IMG/VR virus record: IMGVR_UViG_3300027707_000912
Direction: 5' to 3' (one strand)
From: an uncultured virus (IMG/VR IMGVR_UViG_3300027707_000912)
Lineage: Duplodnaviria; Heunggongvirae; Uroviricota; Caudoviricetes
Length of the DNA: 20,000 bases
Notes under the pieces: generated by a model
Database searches by the model: none
What the model saw: the letters and a program-made list of their open reading frames with translations, nothing else
Told to the model about the DNA's origin: nothing
Program-made: the position numbers and the translations under genes
Shown here: positions 16,452-20,000 of the stretch, in pieces
How positions within the stretch are numbered: the first letter of the stretch is position 1
Layout of the letters: every line of letters begins with the position of its first letter

Positions 16452-16515
16452 GCTAAAGTTTACATAACAAACTTCAAGGACCCTAGGATTAAAAACCCTG
16501 GGGTTTTTTGTTTTT
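16428..16515 (+). terminator. Terminator/antiterminator switch upstream of the tRNA array
   Basis: Terminator AAGGACCCTAGG (16476-16487)/CCTGGGGTTTTT (16497-16508) plus T tract; competing pairing AGGGTCC (16428-16434)/GGACCCT (16478-16484). Confidence 0.75.
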
Positions 16516-16745
16516 AGACGCTGAGATTGCCAAGGCAGTCGTTGAAGCAAAGTGTGAAGATACCAGTAACGAGGACTGGGCTAGGCACTATAAACATCTA
16601 GCAAACGGGCGGCCTGTAGGATGAAGCACTTCTTCTAGTGTGAAAAATTACAGCGTATTAAAGCATATTCCGAAACTAGAATGTTTAGGGGATAAGGCCA
16701 CAAGCCGAGTATGCTTTAATACACGCATTGGAAACAGTGCGTTAA

Positions 16746-16832
16746 GGAGGATGTTCCCTATTGCCGGCTGTAACCCGGTAGGCATAATAAGTAGGGTGGC
16801 GCCAAGTGGTTCGATTCCATCATCCTCCACCA
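16746..16832 (+). tRNA. Atypical tRNA-Tyr(GTA)-like RNA, 8/4 fold, no canonical D-arm
   Basis: GGAGGATG/CATCCTCC-A-CCA; GCCGG-CTGTAAC-CCGGT; GTGG-TTCGATT-CCAT. Confidence 0.6.
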
Positions 16833-16837
16833 AATAT

Positions 16838-16914
16838 GTGGGTGTGCCGCTGAATGGTTAGGCTCCGGATTGCAAATCCGTTCCATGCAGGTTCGAGTCC
16901 TGTCACCCACTCCA
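16838..16914 (+). tRNA. tRNA-Cys(GCA)
   Basis: GTGGGTG/CACCCAC-T-CCA; loop TT-GCA-AA; U73. Confidence 0.9.
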
Positions 16915-16919
16915 AATTT

Positions 16920-16993
16920 TCCCGGATAATTAAATGGTATAATAATCGGCTGATAACCGGTCTTTGCAAGTTCGATTCTTGCTCTGGGAACCA
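16920..16993 (+). tRNA. tRNA-Ile(GAT)
   Basis: TCCCGGA/TCTGGGA-A-CCA; ATCGG-CTGATAA-CCGGT. Confidence 0.9.
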
Positions 16994-16997
16994 AGTT

Positions 16998-17056
16998 TAG
17001 GATAGCAACAGCAAACTCAAAAATTCTACTTTTAATGGAAAAAAGATGCTATCCTG
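16998..17056 (+). ncRNA. ACAGCAA element 1 with Lys(TTT) anticodon stem-loop
   Basis: AGGATAGCA/TGCTATCCT closing stem; TTCTA-CTTTTAA-TGGAA. Confidence 0.65.
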
Positions 17057-17064
17057 TTTTTTAC

Positions 17065-17139
17065 ACTGTCGTCGTCTAGTGGCTAGGACGCTACCCTTTC
17101 AAGGTGGAGAAGCGGGATCGATACCCGTCGACAGTACCA
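17065..17139 (+). tRNA. tRNA-Glu(TTC)
   Basis: ACTGTCG/CGACAGT-A-CCA; CTACC-CTTTCAA-GGTGG; T-loop ATCGATA. Confidence 0.88.
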
Positions 17140-17143
17140 ACAT

Positions 17144-17218
17144 GCCGTTGTAGCTCTCTGGGAGGGTAACTCGTTGTCTGCGAGACTTAGGTGGGTTCGA
17201 TTCCCATCAGCGGCGCCA
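17144..17218 (+). tRNA. tRNA-Asp(GTC)
   Basis: GCCGTTG/CAGCGGC-G-CCA; CTCG-TTGTCTG-CGAG with unusual U37. Confidence 0.82.
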
Positions 17219-17225
17219 AATTTAT

Positions 17226-17303
17226 TGTGTTCGAGCAAGCATGGTGTATGCGCTTCGCTGTTAACGAAGAATGAGCTAGGTTCGATCCCTAGGAACACAG
17301 CCA
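17226..17303 (+). tRNA. tRNA-Asn(GTT)
   Basis: TGTGTTC/GAACACA-G-CCA; CTTCG-CTGTTAA-CGAAG. Confidence 0.88.
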
Positions 17304-17310
17304 AACAATT

Positions 17311-17385
17311 GGGGGCAGTAGTGGGCTACGGCGTTGCCTTGCAAGCATCGTGACTAGAAGGGTTCGATTCCCTCGGCCTCCACCA
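17311..17385 (+). tRNA. tRNA-Ala(TGC), atypical D-arm
   Basis: GGGGGC/GCCTCC-A-CCA with G3:U70; loop CT-TGC-AA; D-arm reduced to GTAG-TGGG-CTAC. Confidence 0.72.
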
Positions 17386-17392
17386 ATTTTAT

Positions 17393-17468
17393 CTCGCGTT
17401 CGGTTAGCGGCTATGCCACCTGGTTTGGGGCCAGGATTTCGTGGGTTCGAGTCCCACATGCGAGACCA
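17393..17468 (+). tRNA. tRNA-Pro(TGG)
   Basis: CTCGCGT/ATGCGAG-A-CCA; CCTGG-TTTGGGG-CCAGG. Confidence 0.88.
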
Positions 17469-17472
17469 GTTT

Positions 17473-17535
17473 TAGGATAGCAACAGCAAACATTAAAAAT
17501 CTTTTCTTGAAAAAAAGCCAAAAAATGCTATCCTG
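17473..17535 (+). ncRNA. ACAGCAA element 2 with Ser(TGA)-like anticodon stem-loop
   Basis: AGGATAGCA/TGCTATCCT closing stem; CTTTT-CTTGAAA-AAAAG. Confidence 0.6.
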
Positions 17536-17543
17536 TTTTATTC

Positions 17544-17617
17544 GCCCTATTAGTTAAATGGTAGAACACCTGTTTTGTAATCAGGTAATGGCAGTTCGAT
17601 TCTGTCATGGGGCACCA
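17544..17617 (+). tRNA. tRNA-Thr(TGT)
   Basis: GCCCTAT/ATGGGGC-A-CCA; loop TT-TGT-AA; U31.U39 mismatch. Confidence 0.88.
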
Positions 17618-17621
17618 AGTT

Positions 17622-17678
17622 AAGGATGCGAACAGCAAATTCAAAAATTCAACTTTTAATTGAAAAATAAGCATCCTG
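17622..17678 (+). ncRNA. ACAGCAA element 3 with Lys(TTT) anticodon stem-loop
   Basis: AGGATGC/GCATCCT closing stem; TTCAA-CTTTTAA-TTGAA. Confidence 0.65.
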
Positions 17679-17686
17679 TTTTATTT

Positions 17687-17762
17687 GCTACTTTAGCTGA
17701 TGTGGTCATAGCGGCGGTCTGAAGAACCGTTGAACCAGGTTCGATCCCTGGAGGTAGCACCA
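17687..17762 (+). tRNA. tRNA-Phe(GAA) copy 1
   Basis: GCTACTT/AGGTAGC-A-CCA; GCGGT-CTGAAGA-ACCGT. Confidence 0.9.
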
Positions 17763-17780
17763 AGTTTTTAGGAGAATTGA

Positions 17781-17909
17781 ATGGCAAATGTCAAAAAAGG
17801 TAACCTAACAGCGCCTCCACAATGGTGGAAGCATTTGAAAGATTGGAAACGGGTGTTCTGGAAATCAGAACGCCAAGCCCAAAAGCGTAATATCAACAAA
17901 GGAGAATGA
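17781..17909 (+). CDS. 42-aa basic Trp-rich peptide MANVKKGNLTAPPQWWKHLKDWKRVFWKSERQAQKRNINKGE
   Basis: AGGAGA RBS; embedded in the tRNA array. Confidence 0.75.
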   Translation: MANVKKGNLTAPPQWWKHLKDWKRVFWKSERQAQKRNINKGE

Positions 17910-17910
17910 C

Positions 17911-17989
17911 ATGAAACGTACAGGTAAACTGTAGTGTCATCCTAGACCCCCGTATGGTCCTGGATGGCACGTAAAAGAAAACATTTACG
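17911..17989 (+). other. Minigene MKRTGKL-TAG followed by two hairpins
   Basis: AAGGAGA RBS; stop at 17932-17934; GTGTCATCC..GACC-CCCGTAT-GGTC..GGATGGCAC, then CGTAAA/TTTACG. Confidence 0.5.
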
Positions 17990-17996
17990 AATCCAT

Positions 17997-18072
17997 CCAC
18001 AGCTGGCGTTAACGGTAGCGTACTCGGCTCTTAACCGATGAGGTGTCAGTTCGAATCTGACGCTGTGGACCA
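17997..18072 (+). tRNA. tRNA-Lys(CTT)
   Basis: CCACAGC/GCTGTGG-A-CCA; TCGG-CTCTTAA-CCGA. Confidence 0.85.
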
Positions 18073-18075
18073 TAT

Positions 18076-18150
18076 GGGGGTATAATTCAAAGGCTAGAAT
18101 AGCCGGCTTTTAACCGGTCTATCAGGGTTCGAGTCCCTGTGCCCCTACCA
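18076..18150 (+). tRNA. tRNA-Lys(TTT)
   Basis: GGGGGTA/TGCCCCT-A-CCA; GCCGG-CTTTTAA-CCGGT. Confidence 0.9.
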
Positions 18151-18228
18151 TATAAAAACACATTAGAAGCCTTCGTGACTGTAGGCAAGTAGGTCTCTAA
18201 GTCGTTTCCGACTAGTGTGTTTCTATAT

Positions 18229-18304
18229 GGTAACGTAGCATAGTGGCTAATGCACCACCTTCATACGGTGTTTATCGTGGGTTCGAGTCCCACCGTTACT
18301 ACCA
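18229..18304 (+). tRNA. tRNA with CAT anticodon (elongator Met or Ile2)
   Basis: GGTAACG/CGTTACT-A-CCA; CACC-TTCATAC-GGTG; lacks the initiator GGG/CCC pairs. Confidence 0.85.
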
Positions 18305-18307
18305 AGT

Positions 18308-18520
18308 TTTGTAAGTGTCAGCAAGAGAATGTCATGCTGTCTAGGTTTCTTCGAAGGACCGAAACAGTAGAAGGTGATGGGTTCAACTCCCAACCACTCG
18401 CAAGGGTGGTGTCTGTAACGGAGACAAACTGGACTAGTATCCCAAGTGACGTACCGAATCCCGCTCGAGCTTGTTAATTCGGGTGAATGGTTCCAATAAT
18501 GTGGTGGAACTACTTACAAA
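18308..18520 (+). ncRNA. About 213-nt multibranched structured RNA, unassigned
   Basis: Closing stem TTTGTAAGT/ACTTACAAA followed by CAGCAA; inner ATGTCAT/GTGACGT domain with TGGG-TTCAACT-CCCA and ACCACTC-GCAA-GGGTGGT. Confidence 0.65.
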
Positions 18521-18528
18521 TTCAATAT

Positions 18529-18604
18529 CTCTCTAAAGTGTTACCTGGTTGCATCCGCGGTTTGGGGCCGTGTGGTCTTGGTTCGAATCCAAGTAGGGAG
18601 ACCA
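18529..18604 (+). tRNA. tRNA-Pro(TGG), second divergent gene
   Basis: CTCTCTA/TAGGGAG-A-CCA; CGCGG-TTTGGGG-CCGTG. Confidence 0.85.
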
Positions 18605-18612
18605 GTTTCTGT

Positions 18613-18686
18613 TCGGGAATAGTGTAATGGTAACACTACAGACTTTGACTCTGTCATTCTAGGTTCGAGCCCTAGTTCCCGTGCCA
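18613..18686 (+). tRNA. tRNA-Gln(TTG)
   Basis: CGGGAA/TTCCCG with U1.U72, G73, CCA; ACAGA-CTTTGAC-TCTGT. Confidence 0.9.
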
Positions 18687-18692
18687 ATCAAT

Positions 18693-18769
18693 CGGACCGT
18701 AATTCAATTGGATAGAAAGCAAGTCTTCGAAACTTGAGGTTGGGAGTTCGAATCTCTCCGGTCCGGCCA
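18693..18769 (+). tRNA. tRNA-Arg(TCG)
   Basis: CGGACCG/CGGTCCG-G-CCA; CAAGT-CTTCGAA-ACTTG. Confidence 0.9.
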
Positions 18770-18775
18770 ATCAGT

Positions 18776-18849
18776 GTTGTTCCTAGTGTAGTGGTCGCAC
18801 AACTGTCTGTGAAACAGTTAGAGAGGGTTCGATTCCCCGGTCCAACCCA
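18776..18849 (+). tRNA. tRNA-His(GTG), degenerate or possible pseudogene
   Basis: ACTGT-CTGTGAA-ACAGT intact and G-1:C73 possible, but two acceptor-stem mismatches and a short T-stem. Confidence 0.55.
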
Positions 18850-18863
18850 ATGAATTTATCAAT

Positions 18864-19562
18864 TTAAATTTTAGATAGAATATGTTCAGCTATGTTCTGA
18901 TTAGTGTTGACACCACGGTGAGCTAAATCTCTAGCGAGATCATTCTCAATTATCCTAAAATTATGTAAATCTTCATATTCGATTTGAATTAACTTAATAT
19001 CTAGATTGTTACAGATATGCTGGATAGCTAATGTATTTTTAAAGAAATTCATTTCACTATTAGTATCATTTAGCACCCAGTTTTTCCAAATTTGATCTTT
19101 TGACCAAGGTCCGTAATCTTGTATTACAGAGTTATAATGACGTTCAAATCGATGACGAGATGTTGACAAGTGAACAACTATTTTCGGTTTAAGTTGCGAG
19201 AGCCAATAGTGAGCCATTCTGAATGCAGTGTCATTTGAAGATGAACCTATCCCTAAATTAAAATTTTTGAGATTTAGATTATTGCTCACAATACTAGCCC
19301 AGCAATTTTCGATAGGCAATCCAATGCCGCAAGTATAACTACAACCCAAAGATACCATACTAGGTTCGTTAGAAAATTCGTCACTTCTAAATCCGTAGCT
19401 ATTAAATTTATAGCTGAATTTTTTGTCTAGCCAACCAAACTTAACCATCTCGTCATATCTATTTGCTACGTTTTCAACATACAGCTCTTTAGTATCCATA
19501 GGTAACCATTCTAATGTTTGTTTGGCTTTCGTTGAATATTGGTGTAATATTTTATTGAACAT
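18864..19562 (-). CDS. Hypothetical protein, SGNH/GDSL-hydrolase-like, antisense within the tRNA array
   Basis: LGCSYTCG (block I-like), NLGIGSSSND (block II-like), DLAHRG (DxxH). Likely start MFNKIL at 19562, just after TAAATA. Confidence 0.7.
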   Translation of the reverse strand: MFNKILHQYSTKAKQTLEWLPMDTKELYVENVANRYDEMVKFGWLDKKFSYKFNSYGFRSDEFSNEPSMVSLGCSYTCGIGLPIENCWASIVSNNLNLKNFNLGIGSSSNDTAFRMAHYWLSQLKPKIVVHLSTSRHRFERHYNSVIQDYGPWSKDQIWKNWVLNDTNSEMNFFKNTLAIQHICNNLDIKLIQIEYEDLHNFRIIENDLARDLAHRGVNTNQNIAEHILSKI

Positions 19563-19606
19563 GCAAATATTTATTTGCACAACTAGTATAGGAAAATAAT
19601 TTTCAT

Positions 19607-19682
19607 GCTACTTTAGCTGATGTGGTCATAGCGGCGGTCTGAAGAATCGTTGAACCAGGTTCGATTCCTGGAGGTAGCACCA
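19607..19682 (+). tRNA. tRNA-Phe(GAA) copy 2
   Basis: Identical to 17687..17762 at 74 of 76 positions. Confidence 0.9.
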
Positions 19683-19690
19683 AGACACAT

Positions 19691-19774
19691 GCGAGAGTGG
19701 TGGAATGGTATACACAGCAGACTTAAAATCTGCCGCCGCAAGGCATACGGGTTCGAGTCCCGTCTCTCGCACCA
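19691..19774 (+). tRNA. tRNA-Leu(TAA)
   Basis: GCGAGAG/CTCTCGC-A-CCA; GCAGA-CTTAAAA-TCTGC; long variable arm. Confidence 0.93.
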
Positions 19775-19775
19775 T

Positions 19776-19850
19776 ACCGCCTTAGTATAATGGATAATAC
19801 AAAGAGCTTCTACCTCTTGAATATGGGTTCGATTCCTGTAGGCGGTACCA
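19776..19850 (+). tRNA. tRNA-Arg(TCT)
   Basis: ACCGCCT/AGGCGGT-A-CCA; AAGAG-CTTCTAC-CTCTT. Confidence 0.9.
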
Positions 19851-19858
19851 GATAAAGG

Positions 19859-19887
19859 TTGACAATAAAAAAAATAGAGTATATAAT
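19859..19887 (+). promoter_or_regulatory. Consensus sigma70 promoter internal to the tRNA array
   Basis: TTGACA-17 nt-TATAAT. Confidence 0.88.
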
Positions 19888-19895
19888 ACATATAT

Positions 19896-19979
19896 GCCCC
19901 GGTGGTGGAATGGTAGACACGCTGGTCTTAGAAGCCAGTGTCGCAAGGCGTGAGAGTTCGAGTCTCTCCTGGGGCACCA
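19896..19979 (+). tRNA. tRNA-Leu(TAG)
   Basis: GCCCCGG/CTGGGGC-A-CCA; CTGGT-CTTAGAA-GCCAG; long variable arm. Confidence 0.93.
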
Positions 19980-19989
19980 AATAAAAGAA

Positions 19990-20000
19990 GGGTCGTTAGC
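19990..20000 (+). tRNA. 5' end of a further tRNA, truncated by the window
   Basis: GGGTCGT-TA-GC matches positions 1-11 of a tRNA. Confidence 0.45.

Noticed and set aside
16614..16653. Hammerhead ribozyme (GATGA...GAAA)
   Set aside because: Lacks the CUGANGA core and a third stem with an NUH cleavage site.
16998..17678. The three AGGATAGCAACAGCAAA repeats as a CRISPR array
   Set aside because: Irregular spacing, intervening sequences are tRNA genes, internal variation, and no cas genes in the window.
17932..17934. Genome-wide amber (TAG) recoding
   Set aside because: Long genes are intact in code 11, several end in TAG (2337, 5705, pqqA), and no CUA-anticodon tRNA is present in the window.
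16640..18477. Track ORFs 16640..16861, 16648..16833, 16758..16994, 17083..17304, 18250..18477 (also 19613..19891)
   Set aside because: They overlap tRNA or ncRNA genes and lack RBS or protein motifs; shadow ORFs.

Overview
AT-rich segment of a large (jumbo-type) dsDNA bacteriophage read in the standard genetic code. CspA, PqqA and the tmRNA tag suggest a betaproteobacterial host (inference). 1-10.1 kb: hypothetical virion/membrane genes, mostly preceded by a TAAATA late-promoter-like motif, plus a lipid-remodelling set (PlcP-type metallophosphoesterase, GT4 glycosyltransferase, fatty-acid desaturase). 10.2-11 kb: cspA, three unannotated 22-24 aa ORFs and a circularly permuted (two-piece) tmRNA with an unusually long 27-aa tag. 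11-16 kb: rIIA/rIIB, an outer-membrane beta-barrel, rubrerythrin and rubredoxin behind an OxyR-like site, and an orphan pqqA. 16-20 kb: a tRNA array (21 complete tRNA or tRNA-like genes plus one truncated) driven by three tandem sigma70 promoters. Best candidate for a new system: the array is gated by an apparent translation-coupled attenuator whose 48-codon leader contains all 20 amino acids and 37 different codons, i.e. a possible general tRNA-depletion sensor. The array is also interspersed with repeated non-tRNA RNAs that display isolated Lys(UUU)/Ser(UGA) anticodon stem-loops (possible anticodon-nuclease decoys), a D-armless 8/4 tRNA-Tyr-like RNA and other structured RNAs. All structures were folded by eye; no searches were run.
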